DNA from: a bacterium
Lineage (GTDB): Bacteria; RBG-13-61-14; DATKZS01
Direction: 5' to 3'
Assembly: GCA_046484135.1 (NCBI GenBank)
Contig: JAWOBU010000248.1
Coordinates: 1 to 21,452 of the forward strand
Length of the DNA stretch: 21,452 bases
Shown here: piece by piece, positions 1 through 9,032 of the stretch
How positions within the stretch are numbered: the stretch's first letter is position 1
Layout of the letters: each line of letters opens with the position of its first letter
Position numbers and translations under genes: made by a program
Notes under the pieces: model-generated
Told to the model about the DNA's origin: nothing
The model's input: the letters and a program-made list of their open reading frames with translations, nothing else
The model's database searches: none

Positions 1-316
1 GCTTGAGAGCGGCGCCTGCTTTTTTGGGCATGATCCGCGCCTGTTCCAGAAAACAGAGCGCGTCCAGGTTCTGTTTGATATACTTGGCTGAGTCGCGGCC
101 CGAGTCCACGAACACGGCGTTGCGGGCGCCCCGCGACAGTGCTTCGATCCCAAGCGCGCCGGAGCCGCAGAAGAGGTCCAGCACGCAGAGGTCGGCAAGG
201 TCCGGTCCCAGGATGTCGAACAAAGCCGATCGCACCCGGCCGGAAGTGGGCCGCATCTTTTTTCCTGCCGCGGCTTTCAGGTTGTGTCCTTTTTTCGATC
301 CCGAGATCACCTTCAT
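1..316 (-). CDS. rsmD: 16S rRNA (guanine966-N2)-methyltransferase RsmD, 3' end runs off the window start
   Basis: Not in the ORF track. Manual translation from ATG 316 gives MKVISGSKKGHNLKAAAGKKMRPTSGRVRSALFDILGPDLADLCVLDLFCGSGALGIEALSRGARNAVFVD..., with the typical RsmD N-terminus (ISG..KG, RPT..RVR.ALF) and SAM motif LDLFxGSGALGIEALSRGA. Confidence 0.93.
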   Translation of the reverse strand, partial: MKVISGSKKGHNLKAAAGKKMRPTSGRVRSALFDILGPDLADLCVLDLFCGSGALGIEALSRGARNAVFVDSGRDSAKYIKQNLDALCFLEQARIMPKKAGAALK

Positions 317-324
317 ATTTATTA

Positions 325-353
325 ATTCTAGTAGCTGGAGTTTGAAAGAACAA
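325..353 (-). promoter_or_regulatory. Putative sigma70 promoter of rsmD (leaderless or near-leaderless)
   Basis: Minus strand TTGTTC-17 nt-TAGAAT, 8 nt before the ATG, with no Shine-Dalgarno. Confidence 0.5.
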
Positions 354-404
354 GGGCGTGGCCTGTTCGTCAAGTGTTTTTTGATTGCCGGCGCTTGCAA
401 AAGT

Positions 405-2489
405 TTAGATATTTCGGCATTCAAAGTCCAGGGAGAATTCCAGGTCGGAGCCCGGCTCCAGCGATATTTCGAAGGTAAACCATAGGCAGGAACCCTGGTA
501 GGTCCTTTCAAAGCCGGATTCGGACTGGGACACCGCCTCGATGGGATAGCGGAAAAGCAGGGCGGGCCGGGATGCTCGTATCGAGACGACGAACCCGTTG
601 TGCTCGTTTACGAGCTCGATCTTTTCCGCGTTATGGGAAGTGCCTCGTGAGTTCATCTCCGGTGGATCGGTCTTTTCGCCGTCCACGCGATAATAGCGGG
701 AAGGGTCGTCTCCTGACAGAAGAGAGAGGTTCAGCTCGACGCAGAAGCGTAAGCTCACCTGCCTTTCCCCTTCGGAGGCTACAACGTAAGAAGTTGTAAA
801 GCCGGCCCGGTCGGCAAGAAAGGAGTAGGTCTTTTCAACACGAACGGGCTGTTCTCCGCAGAAGTCCCGGCGGGAGAGCTTTATTCGGTCTTCGTTGCGT
901 TCGATTACCTGGTAGGGACTTCCGGCGAAGCTGCCCAGGTGGATGGTCCTTTCCTTTTCGATCTCCTCGAGGGACAGGGACGGCGGGACCAGGTGTTCCT
1001 GGAAGCTCATCCTGGGGTACCGGTCATAGACCAGATAGTTCTCGAGCCCCTCTTCCTTTTTCACCACCCGCTCATGGATGGTGGCCGGCGATTCCGAGCC
1101 TTGTTCAAGCGCGGCTTGTTTGAGCTTGTCGTGGTAGTGTTCTGGCCTTCTGCTCATGATATTGGACAGCTCGAAGTGAGCGGGAGGATACTCGATAAGC
1201 CGCACAGCGCCGCCGCAGGCGGGATGGATGAAGGCATTGATATGAGGAGAGGTTACGATGATCTCCGGAAAGCCGTCCGCGTTGTAGTCCTCTTCTTCCA
1301 TGCGGAGCTCCCGGGCCATGCCGGTTTTTTCTTCCGCTTCCAGTATCTTTTCGAACACTGCGTGGCGCAGGTAGTTAAGATACAGCCCTCCGAACACCCC
1401 GTGCCAGTAGGCGCAGTTGCACTGGGACCGGAAAAGCAGGGGCCGGGATTGAGAGCGGGTGCGGGGCCTTCTGGCTATCCTCTCGGAAGCAAGCAGCATC
1501 CGCTTGTGCATGGTGTTGGACTCTTCGTACTTGGCGAGGAACATGTCCCAGTGGCCGCCCCGCACAAAGGGAGACAGCTCTTCCATGCGGCCCTGGTCCT
1601 TTATTTCGTTAACAAAGTTCTCCAGGGTGCTTCCCATGTCCGTGGGCAGGACCCATTCCATCATCTCCTCGTAGCTCGCGGGCGGAAGATACACGCGCTC
1701 GCGCGGACCGGCTTCGGCAAGATAATCAGAGAAATGCATGGTGCATATCTCGTCTTTGACCTCGGTGAGCGCGGAAAAGAAGCGCCGCAGCCATCCCTTC
1801 TCATAAACCCATTCATAGGTTTCCGGCCACATGCCGAACTTCTCGGTGTCGTCTCCGTAGCAGGACACAAAGCCGGGATGTACCCGGGCGTTCTTTCGGA
1901 TGTGTTCTATGGTTTCCGAGGGATCGGCAAAAGGAATTAGGTATCTAAGCTTTTGGTCAATGGGAAAGACTGTCATGCTCTTGCCTTCCCGCTCGGTTAT
2001 GTGCGGTCCCCACACCTCGGAAGGCTTCATCCCGGCGTAGTGGAAGTGGGTATCGTCCACCAGGGTGTAGTCCACTCCCAGCCCGGACAAAAGCCGCGGC
2101 AGACAGGGGTCCCATACCCGTTCGGCAAGCCATATTCCGCGAGGCCGCATTCCGAAAAGCTCCTCCAGGTGGTTCGAGTAAGACTCGATCTGGGCACGCG
2201 CATCGCGCTCGGGAATAGAAGGCAGGATGGGCTCGTAAAACGCCCCCCCGAGTATCTCGACCTGGCCGCGCTCCACCAGTCCTTTCAAAAGCTCGACGTG
2301 GCCGGGGTCGTTGGATTCGATCCATTCCAGGAGACTGCCCGAGTAATGGACCGCGACCTTCAAGTCCGGGAACTCTTGAAGCGTCTCCAAAAAAGGCCGG
2401 TAGCTCGAGTTGCAAGCCTTTTCAAAAACCCAGTCAAAGTTGCCCACCGGCTGATGCGCGTGGACCGCGAACACAAAAGGTATCATCAT
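405..2489 (-). CDS. GH57 family 4-alpha-glucanotransferase/alpha-amylase with C-terminal DUF1925/DUF1926-type domains
   Basis: 694 aa. GH57 motifs HAHQP, GIWLAERVW (nucleophile Glu), GDDTEKFG (acid/base Asp), SQCNCAYWHG, and C-terminal VSQSESGFERTYQG. GGAGG upstream; the true start may be the second ATG (2486). Confidence 0.92.
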   Translation of the reverse strand: MMIPFVFAVHAHQPVGNFDWVFEKACNSSYRPFLETLQEFPDLKVAVHYSGSLLEWIESNDPGHVELLKGLVERGQVEILGGAFYEPILPSIPERDARAQIESYSNHLEELFGMRPRGIWLAERVWDPCLPRLLSGLGVDYTLVDDTHFHYAGMKPSEVWGPHITEREGKSMTVFPIDQKLRYLIPFADPSETIEHIRKNARVHPGFVSCYGDDTEKFGMWPETYEWVYEKGWLRRFFSALTEVKDEICTMHFSDYLAEAGPRERVYLPPASYEEMMEWVLPTDMGSTLENFVNEIKDQGRMEELSPFVRGGHWDMFLAKYEESNTMHKRMLLASERIARRPRTRSQSRPLLFRSQCNCAYWHGVFGGLYLNYLRHAVFEKILEAEEKTGMARELRMEEEDYNADGFPEIIVTSPHINAFIHPACGGAVRLIEYPPAHFELSNIMSRRPEHYHDKLKQAALEQGSESPATIHERVVKKEEGLENYLVYDRYPRMSFQEHLVPPSLSLEEIEKERTIHLGSFAGSPYQVIERNEDRIKLSRRDFCGEQPVRVEKTYSFLADRAGFTTSYVVASEGERQVSLRFCVELNLSLLSGDDPSRYYRVDGEKTDPPEMNSRGTSHNAEKIELVNEHNGFVVSIRASRPALLFRYPIEAVSQSESGFERTYQGSCLWFTFEISLEPGSDLEFSLDFECRNI

Positions 2490-2621
2490 TTCCTCCAGGA
2501 TTCATTACCGAAAAACCGCTCCCCCTGCCCATGATGCTCATGATAACAATGTAATACTTCCGGGAAAGCGGGCCAAAAAATTTTTTTGAAAGCTCCTCTT
2601 TATGAGCGGAGGACAACCTTT

Positions 2622-3821
2622 TCAATCGGGTCGCACCGGCCGGAGCAGTTTTGTGGTTGATCTGCCCAGCCGATAGAGCAAAAAGGCATTTGCTTTTCCC
2701 TCCACCAGTCGGGGCGCCACCGCTCCTGCGAGCTGAGAGAGGAACTCCTGGCTGTCGAAAACAGAGTCGAAGAGTTTTTCGCTGACCTCTTCTATCTCGC
2801 CCGCGAGGTAGGCGTGGATAAAAGCGCGTCCCATAATCACCGCGGTGGAGAGGGCCCCCATTCGCAGGTTGTAGATACGGCAGAGGTCCCCGATCATGAC
2901 AAACGCCGTATAGAGGATAATGATGGTGTCAACAATGGAGATGGGGATAATGGCGCTCTTGATGCCGCCTCGCAAAGCAAGAGACTTGATCCGTCTGCTG
3001 GCGCACGTATCGAGCACCTCCTGGAAGCCGTTTCGGAAGGTCTGCATCCATTCCTCTGCGCCGGGTGAAGACGCCTCGTCCAGCAAGGCCCTTCTTTGGC
3101 CCCGCAGCCTTTCGATCTCTTCTTCCCGGAAACCGATCCTCAAAAACTCGCGTTCATGGTCCTTGCTTTCAAGCGGGTACTTCTCGAGATAGCCGGCAAG
3201 GTTCTTCCTGCCGCGGGCGAGCTCCTTTTCCGATAGCTCGCGCAGCTCCTCTCTCTTTGCCAGGTCGGAAAGCGCTGGTATGGACACCTGCCTGTTCCTG
3301 CTGAGCCTGAGGTACAGGTACGCTATGCGCATGCCGGCCAGAAGGAGCGCGAGAAGGAGAAGACCCATGGCGCCGTATCCCACGTACTGGACCAGCGGTC
3401 CGTACTGTTGCAGGGACTGGAAAAGGGAGAGCAGCTGGGTAAACACGAATAGAAAGAACACGCCGGCCAGGGCTATAACAAGCAGTACAAAGGTCGGGCG
3501 GAACATAAAGGCGGGTATTCGAAAGCCGGGGACTTTTCCCGCTCCGTCCAGGTATTGCCTGGCCCGGGAATACTCTTCTTGTTCCATCAGCTCTTTTATC
3601 TCCCGGCGCTGTTTTTCGGTCAGGGGCTCCATCCTTTCAGGCGCCTGGAGCGGTTGTCCCACCTCCGGGGCTTGTTCTTTCGTTTGCGGGCTTTCTTTCA
3701 CGCTTCTGCGGGCGGGGTCGGATTTTTCGTTTCTTTTCCGGTCCGAATCCTTGACCTCGGCCGGGTCCTGCACGCCCATAACGGGCATGCCCACTATCAG
3801 GTCTTCGTCGCTTCGGGACAT
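2622..3821 (-). CDS. ycjF: YcjF family (DUF697) membrane protein
   Basis: 399 aa with two N-terminal TM helices and C-terminal DUF697-like motifs (AIIPISIVD..I, LCRIYNLRMG, RLVEGKANAFLLYRLG). Adjacent to ycjX; SD GGAGG. Confidence 0.85.
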   Translation of the reverse strand: MSRSDEDLIVGMPVMGVQDPAEVKDSDRKRNEKSDPARRSVKESPQTKEQAPEVGQPLQAPERMEPLTEKQRREIKELMEQEEYSRARQYLDGAGKVPGFRIPAFMFRPTFVLLVIALAGVFFLFVFTQLLSLFQSLQQYGPLVQYVGYGAMGLLLLALLLAGMRIAYLYLRLSRNRQVSIPALSDLAKREELRELSEKELARGRKNLAGYLEKYPLESKDHEREFLRIGFREEEIERLRGQRRALLDEASSPGAEEWMQTFRNGFQEVLDTCASRRIKSLALRGGIKSAIIPISIVDTIIILYTAFVMIGDLCRIYNLRMGALSTAVIMGRAFIHAYLAGEIEEVSEKLFDSVFDSQEFLSQLAGAVAPRLVEGKANAFLLYRLGRSTTKLLRPVRPD

Positions 3822-3851
3822 GTTCTATCCTCCCTCACGGTTGCTTCTATT

Positions 3852-3860
3852 ATTATAGCA
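3852..3860 (-). promoter_or_regulatory. Extended -10 promoter element upstream of ycjF
   Basis: Minus strand TGCTATAAT (TGn + perfect TATAAT), 30 nt before the ycjF ATG. Confidence 0.55.
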
Positions 3861-3905
3861 AAAACAAAAACAGCCGGCTTTACTTCTGGAGCTTTCCAAT
3901 GAGCT

Positions 3906-5270
3906 TCAAAGGAGGAAGTTGAGGACCCGGTCCATTCCGAACTGTTCGGGCGGCCGGTTCTTTCTTCTGGGAATGGCGGGATATACCTTGACAAAGCTGT
4001 AGTCGCCCGGCTTCCAGCCGGCAGGCCATTCATCGGGCAGGCGTGATACCGGGAAGCTCTGCATCTCTCCTTCGGAGGACAAGAGCTTTCCCTGCCGGTC
4101 CCGTATGGGATAGCCGGCCAGGAGGCGGTCTTCGCCGGACACCGGTTTGGTGGAGACCACTGCGCTAACCGTCCGGTAGTCCACCTTCAGCCCTTCATGG
4201 TACTGTCCGAACTTCCGGGTCATCTGCCGGAGCAGGGCGAGCAGCTTGTCCCGGTCCGCGGGATGGACCATGTCCGCCTTGGAAGCCGCAAAGCAAACCC
4301 TGGCAATTCCTCCGGGGAACCATTTTACCGGAAGCGGAAACACCAGCCCTTTGAATATCTTTTCCATGAGAGAGGAGCCGGGATGGAGCGCGGTAAACAG
4401 GTCCTCCAGTATCTTCAGGTTGTCGTCGAACATGCTGGTGCCCGCGGAAAGAATGGTGGGCACGTCCACCAGAATGACCAGGCTGTGGCACTTTCGCAGG
4501 TAGTTGAAAAGGGGCAGGACTACCTGCTTTCTGTACTCCTTGTATCTTTTGGCAAAGGTTTCGTAAAGCTCCGGGTTTTTTAAGACAGCGAGGTCGGAAA
4601 GGGGGGTGAACTGCTTGCCGGGTTCGAGCCCGGCGTACCTGGTCTCTGCTATCTGTTCGGGGTCGCTCGCGAGAGGCATGTCCCCGTTTTTTCCCAGCAA
4701 AAAAGTGGAAGGGGAAACAAGGGGCTTATAAGCCAGGATGAGGCGGGCGAGCGCCAGGCGGTAAGCCCGAGTGAGGTCTTCTTCCGCCGGCGCCTCGGCC
4801 TCCAGCAGGTCCAGGAACTCGGAGGCGTACTGCCGATACTCGGACAGGTTCTCGAGGTGGGCGAGTATATAGCGGGACCACTTTGCGAAGTCCCTGGTCT
4901 CCGCCATTATTGCATCGGCGATGCGTTCGCCGGGGAAGTCGAAGAGCTCGAGCTCCGCGGTTTTAAACCTCCAGTCGGTCCTGCCGAACGAGCACCGGAA
5001 CAGGGACGAGTCGCGGGTTTTTTGGGGCCACTGCCCGTTATGTACGATAGCGTCGCGGTGGCCTTCGTAGTTGAACCGTTCGTGCCTGTCCGGGACCTCG
5101 AGGGACCGGAAGGCAACGATCTCGGCTTTTCCCCTGCCATCTATGGGGAAAAGTAAGGGGTCATGGTCCATGAGGTGGTTTATGAGAGAGGAGAGGAAAA
5201 CGGTCTTTCCCGATCCTCTAAGACCGGTTACGCCAATTCTCCGGGCTGTCTTGTATATCTTGGGTGGCAA
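3906..5270 (-). CDS. ycjX: YcjX family P-loop NTPase (Ras-like GTPase fold)
   Basis: RIGVTGLRGSGKTVFLSSLINHL (Walker A), WPQKTRD, DFPGE, FAASKAD. Start reassigned to TTG 5270 behind AAGGAG, because the track start (5357) overlaps the upstream ACAD. Confidence 0.88.
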   Translation of the reverse strand: MPPKIYKTARRIGVTGLRGSGKTVFLSSLINHLMDHDPLLFPIDGRGKAEIVAFRSLEVPDRHERFNYEGHRDAIVHNGQWPQKTRDSSLFRCSFGRTDWRFKTAELELFDFPGERIADAIMAETRDFAKWSRYILAHLENLSEYRQYASEFLDLLEAEAPAEEDLTRAYRLALARLILAYKPLVSPSTFLLGKNGDMPLASDPEQIAETRYAGLEPGKQFTPLSDLAVLKNPELYETFAKRYKEYRKQVVLPLFNYLRKCHSLVILVDVPTILSAGTSMFDDNLKILEDLFTALHPGSSLMEKIFKGLVFPLPVKWFPGGIARVCFAASKADMVHPADRDKLLALLRQMTRKFGQYHEGLKVDYRTVSAVVSTKPVSGEDRLLAGYPIRDRQGKLLSSEGEMQSFPVSRLPDEWPAGWKPGDYSFVKVYPAIPRRKNRPPEQFGMDRVLNFLL

Positions 5271-5289
5271 GCTTAACTGCTCCTTTACT

Positions 5290-6438
5290 TCAGAAAGCGT
5301 TTTCTCCGGTAAGGGCCATGCCCAGAATAAGAAGGTGCACTTCGTTGGCCCCCTCATAGGTGTACACGCTCTCCAGGTTGTTCATGTGACGAATGACCGG
5401 GTACTCGAGGCTGATGCCGTAAGCGCCCAGAATGGACCGGGCCTCCCGGGCGGTCTCCAGGGCCTGCTTCACGTTATTCATCTTGAGCATGCTGATCATC
5501 TTGTGGTCCCAGTTGCCCTGGTCTTTCATCCTTCCCACGTGCAGGGCCAGAAGGCGCGACTTAACGAGCTCGGTGGCCATCCTGGCCAGCTTTTCCTGGG
5601 TGAGCTGGCGGCTCGAGAGCGTCTTGCCAAAGAGCACGCGGTTCCCGGCGAATTCGAGCGCTGATTCGAGACACGTCCGGGCCGCGCCGTTGGCTCCCCA
5701 GGCGATGCCGAACCTCGCTTCGTTCAAGCACATGAGGGCCTGCTTGACACCGGTTACGCCGGGCAGGCGGTTTTCGTCCGGCACCCGCACGTCGTCCAGC
5801 ACCAGCTCCGAGGTTACGGAGGCGCGCAGGCTCATCTTGTGTTCGATCTCGACGGCCTGGAATCCGGGGGTGTCCTTTTCCACCAGGAAGGCCCTCATGC
5901 CGTGGTCGGTGTTGGCCCATACCAGGGCCACGTCAGCTATGCTTCCGTTGGTGATCCACATCTTGGTGCCGTTTATGACCCAGTCTCCGTTTTTTTGACG
6001 TGCGTAAGTCTTGGCTGCCGCCGGGTCGGAACCTCCGTGCGGCTCGGTAAGCCCGAAGCATCCTATCTTTTCTCCCGTTGTCATGGCGGGAAGCCATTTT
6101 TGTCTCTGCTCTTCCGTTCCGAACTCGTGGATCGGGTACATGACCAGGGAGGTCTGAACGGACACGAAAGAACGGAGCCCGGAATCGCCCGCCTCCAGCT
6201 CTTCGCAGGCCACGCCGTAACACACGTTGCTCATCCCGGCGCACCCGTACCCGGATATCTTTATTCCCAGGAGGCCAAGCTCGCCCAGCTTCGGGATGTG
6301 CTCGACCGGGAATCGGCCGGATTCGAAAGCGTCCTGCAGGACGGGCATGTACTCCTTTTTCACGAACCTCTTTACGGTGTCGCGAATGATGTTCTCTTCC
6401 TGGTTGAAAAGATGGTCAACTCTCAAGTCAAGGTCCAT
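5290..6438 (-). CDS. Acyl-CoA dehydrogenase, glutaryl-CoA dehydrogenase-like
   Basis: 382 aa. GCFGLTEPHGGSD, KMWITNG, DSGLRSFVSVQTSLVMYPI (GCDH-type Arg motif) and TYEG catalytic Glu. Confidence 0.88.
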   Translation of the reverse strand: MDLDLRVDHLFNQEENIIRDTVKRFVKKEYMPVLQDAFESGRFPVEHIPKLGELGLLGIKISGYGCAGMSNVCYGVACEELEAGDSGLRSFVSVQTSLVMYPIHEFGTEEQRQKWLPAMTTGEKIGCFGLTEPHGGSDPAAAKTYARQKNGDWVINGTKMWITNGSIADVALVWANTDHGMRAFLVEKDTPGFQAVEIEHKMSLRASVTSELVLDDVRVPDENRLPGVTGVKQALMCLNEARFGIAWGANGAARTCLESALEFAGNRVLFGKTLSSRQLTQEKLARMATELVKSRLLALHVGRMKDQGNWDHKMISMLKMNNVKQALETAREARSILGAYGISLEYPVIRHMNNLESVYTYEGANEVHLLILGMALTGENAF

Positions 6439-6468
6439 GCTTTTTTCGTCCTTTTCCGGTCCTGGATT

Positions 6469-7620
6469 TCATAAGCACTTTTTCAAAAGCTCGGCGATCT
6501 CGTGCGCTTCTTGCGGCATTTGGGGGTTGGTGTAGATGCTGGGGTCGGAGAGGGCGAGTGCGGCGCAGTCTTCTATCTTCGATGCTTCCACTCCCGCGTC
6601 CGTGAGCTTTAAGGGAATTCCCAGGCCGGTTGTGAAATCCAGGACGGCTTCGACCGCACTTCGGGCGTCCTTTTTTTTGTCACCCGTCTGGTTTACTCCC
6701 ATAGCTTCTCCGATCCGGGCCACTTTTTCCGGTGCCGCAGTGCTGTTGTACTCCATTCCCGCAGCGAGCATGACGGCGTTGGCCAGGCCGTGGGGCACGC
6801 CGAACATCCCGCCCAGGGCATGGGCCATGGCGTGGACGATACCCACGTAAGCGTTCTGAAAGGCCTGTCCCGCTAAAGAGGATGCCATCAGCATGGCGCT
6901 TCTCGCTTCCAGGTCGGAACCGTCCTGCAATGCGCGGGGCAGGTTGTCCGTGATCATGCGGATGGCGTGCAGGGCGAGCGCGTCCGCGGGCGGCATTGAC
7001 CGGCTGGACATGAGAGCTTCCGCTGCATGGGTCATGGCGTCCATTCCTGTTGATGCGGTAAGTTCTCCGGGCAGGCCGGTGGTAAGCACGGGATCAAGCA
7101 GGGCTATGTCGGGTATGAGCTTGTCGTCGAGCAGGACCAGCTTCTTTCCTTTGTCGCGGTCCTTGATCATGGCCATGGAGGTGCATTCCGAGCCGGTGCC
7201 CGCGGTGGTAGGCACAGCCAGGTGGGGAGCGGGGTTGCTTACGAGCTTGTTGAAACCGATATACTCGCGGACGGAGTCGCCCTCATGGGAGATCATCGCT
7301 GCCACCGCCTTGGCCGTATCAATCGAGCTTCCTCCGCCCACCGACACCACCGAGTCGGCGCCGGCACCACGCGCGGCACTCACCGCTTCGTCCACTACCT
7401 CGATGCCGGTGTCAGGCACCACCCGGTTGAACACTCCGGCAAGGTTCTCCCCCAGCGATTCCTTGACCGTGCTTACCATGTCACTGCTCGATAGTGCCCG
7501 GTCGGTAACAAGCATTGCACGCGAAGAGCCCAGCGAAGCGAGTTCCTTGCCGGCGCGCTTTTTTGCTGAGTTTTCACCGAACACCATCCTGCCGGGATTG
7601 TTGAAGCTGAACCTTTGCAT
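6469..7620 (-). CDS. Iron-containing (type III) alcohol dehydrogenase
   Basis: 383 aa. GGGSSID, VPTTAGTGSE, and metal ligands in DAMTHAAE, VHAMAH, PHGLANA. Confidence 0.93.
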   Translation of the reverse strand: MQRFSFNNPGRMVFGENSAKKRAGKELASLGSSRAMLVTDRALSSSDMVSTVKESLGENLAGVFNRVVPDTGIEVVDEAVSAARGAGADSVVSVGGGSSIDTAKAVAAMISHEGDSVREYIGFNKLVSNPAPHLAVPTTAGTGSECTSMAMIKDRDKGKKLVLLDDKLIPDIALLDPVLTTGLPGELTASTGMDAMTHAAEALMSSRSMPPADALALHAIRMITDNLPRALQDGSDLEARSAMLMASSLAGQAFQNAYVGIVHAMAHALGGMFGVPHGLANAVMLAAGMEYNSTAAPEKVARIGEAMGVNQTGDKKKDARSAVEAVLDFTTGLGIPLKLTDAGVEASKIEDCAALALSDPSIYTNPQMPQEAHEIAELLKKCL

Positions 7621-7670
7621 GGCGCTACTCCAGCGATTATTTTCCGGGGTTCGCTCTCCCAGACTAACCG

Positions 7671-7699
7671 ATCATATCCGAGCTTTTTTTCAAGTTCAA
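7671..7699 (-). promoter_or_regulatory. Putative sigma70 promoter of the ADH-ACAD-ycjX unit
   Basis: Minus strand TTGAAC-17 nt-TATGAT, about 50 nt upstream of the ADH start. Confidence 0.55.
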
Positions 7700-7790
7700 A
7701 GGAAAAGACCACGGAATTCGCGTCTCATGCCGCTCGCGCTGAATAGAGGCGTTCACAATCCAAGCCTTTTGCAAAATGTCGGAACAAAAA

Positions 7791-7841
7791 GTGGGAGAGA
7801 CCTCCGGGTCTCGATGATCGCGAGCCGGAGCTCGCTCCCAC
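7791..7841. repeat. Inverted REP doublet (REPIN-like), GTGG-type
   Basis: 7791-7815 (+) GTGGGAG-AGACC-TCCG-GGTCT-CGAT and 7817-7841 (-) GTGGGAG-CGAGC-TCCG-GCTCG-CGAT; each unit has an internal hairpin. Confidence 0.75.
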
Positions 7842-7869
7842 AATCCAAAACTTTTACTCAACCCTACTA

Positions 7870-9029
7870 ATGTGCTGTCCCATAAATAACTTGCATAATT
7901 ATTTCGTTTATGGTATCCTTCCAAAAAAGCAAGGAGGATACCCATGCCAGCAGGAAGACCAACGGAACCGATTGTGTTGACTCAGGAAGAACGTCAGCAA
8001 ATCGAATCATTGGCAAACTCCCGCGCCATGCCTCATGGACTGGTGAGGCGCGCAAAGATCGTGTTGATGGCCGCCGAGGGGGAGAGCAATAAAGTCATTG
8101 CTGAGAAGCTGGGGCTCTCCGCCTCCTCGGTAGGCAAATGGCGCAAGCGTTTTCTCGAACAAGGGCTGGAGGGACTGCATGATGAGCTTCGGCCCGGCAG
8201 GCCCCGATCTATCGAAGATGAAAAAATCGCCGAGGCCATTCAAACCACGCTCCAGACCAAACCTGAAGGCGGCACCCACTGGAGTTGCCGCACCCTCGCC
8301 GACACCACCGGAATTTCCAAGTCCACCGTACAACGGGTCTGGAACGCCTTCGGCCTGCAACCCCACCGCCAGCGCAACTTCAAGCTCTCCAACGATCCCT
8401 TCTTTATCGAAAAAGTCCGGGACATCGTCGGCCTCTACTTGAACCCGCCCGAAAACGCCATGGTGCTGTGCGTGGATGAAAAAAGCCAGATTCAAGCCCT
8501 GGACCGCACCCAGCCTGTCCTCCCTATGGGACTTGGTTATGTCGAGGGCGTCACCCATGACTACATCCGCCACGGCACCACCACCCTCTTCGCGGCCCTC
8601 GATGTCGCCACCGGGCAAGTCATAACTCAATGCAAAAAGAGACACCGCCATCAGGAGTTCCTCTCCTTCCTTCGACACCTGGACAAAAACGTCCCTGAAA
8701 ACCTGGACCTCCATCTCGTCGTGGACAACTATTCCACCCACAAGCACCCCAAGGTCAAGCGATGGCTGGCAATGCGGCCGCGCTACCACATCCATTACAC
8801 TCCTACTTACAGCTCTTGGCTCAATCAGGTCGAACGTTGGTTTGGAATCATCACCCAGCGAGCTATCCGCCGTGGCACCTTCCGAAGCGTGCATGAGCTG
8901 GTCGAAAAGGTTGACCACTTCGTTCAAAATTATAATAAAAATTCTCGACCATTTATCTGGACCGCAACCGCGGATTCAATCCTTGAAAAGCTCAACCGAT
9001 TATGTGAATATATTTCTGGGACAGCACAC
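7870..9029 (+). mobile_element. IS630 family insertion sequence, 1160 bp, intact
   Basis: Left IR ATGTGCTGTCCCATAAATA (7870-7888) and right IR reverse complement GTGTGCTGTCCCAGAAATA (9011-9029) match at 17/19. TA duplication at 7868-7869 and 9030-9031. Confidence 0.93.
7891..7919 (+). promoter_or_regulatory. IS-internal transposase promoter
   Basis: TTGCAT-17 nt-TATCCT with TG extension; SD AAGGAGG before ATG 7944. Confidence 0.55.
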
Positions 9030-9032
9030 TAA
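7944..9032 (+). CDS. IS630 family DDE transposase
   Basis: 362 aa single ORF with N-terminal HTHs (GLEGLHDELRPGRP, THWSCRTLA) and DDE motifs CVDEKSQIQA, VVDNYSTHK, WLNQVERWF. Confidence 0.96.
   Translation: MPAGRPTEPIVLTQEERQQIESLANSRAMPHGLVRRAKIVLMAAEGESNKVIAEKLGLSASSVGKWRKRFLEQGLEGLHDELRPGRPRSIEDEKIAEAIQTTLQTKPEGGTHWSCRTLADTTGISKSTVQRVWNAFGLQPHRQRNFKLSNDPFFIEKVRDIVGLYLNPPENAMVLCVDEKSQIQALDRTQPVLPMGLGYVEGVTHDYIRHGTTTLFAALDVATGQVITQCKKRHRHQEFLSFLRHLDKNVPENLDLHLVVDNYSTHKHPKVKRWLAMRPRYHIHYTPTYSSWLNQVERWFGIITQRAIRRGTFRSVHELVEKVDHFVQNYNKNSRPFIWTATADSILEKLNRLCEYISGTAH

Noticed and set aside
3..485. 160-aa plus-strand ORF
   Set aside because: Antisense shadow of rsmD, which has clear family motifs on the minus strand.
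5271..5357. N-terminal extension of ycjX in the ORF track
   Set aside because: It overlaps the ACAD 3' end; TTG 5270 has a proper SD and lies just before the conserved P-loop strand.
7754..7855. CRISPR-like repeat-spacer unit
   Set aside because: Only two imperfect 17-nt repeats around a palindromic REP doublet, with no cas genes.
8007..8927. 306-aa ORF antisense to the transposase
   Set aside because: Codon-bias shadow with no recognisable motifs.
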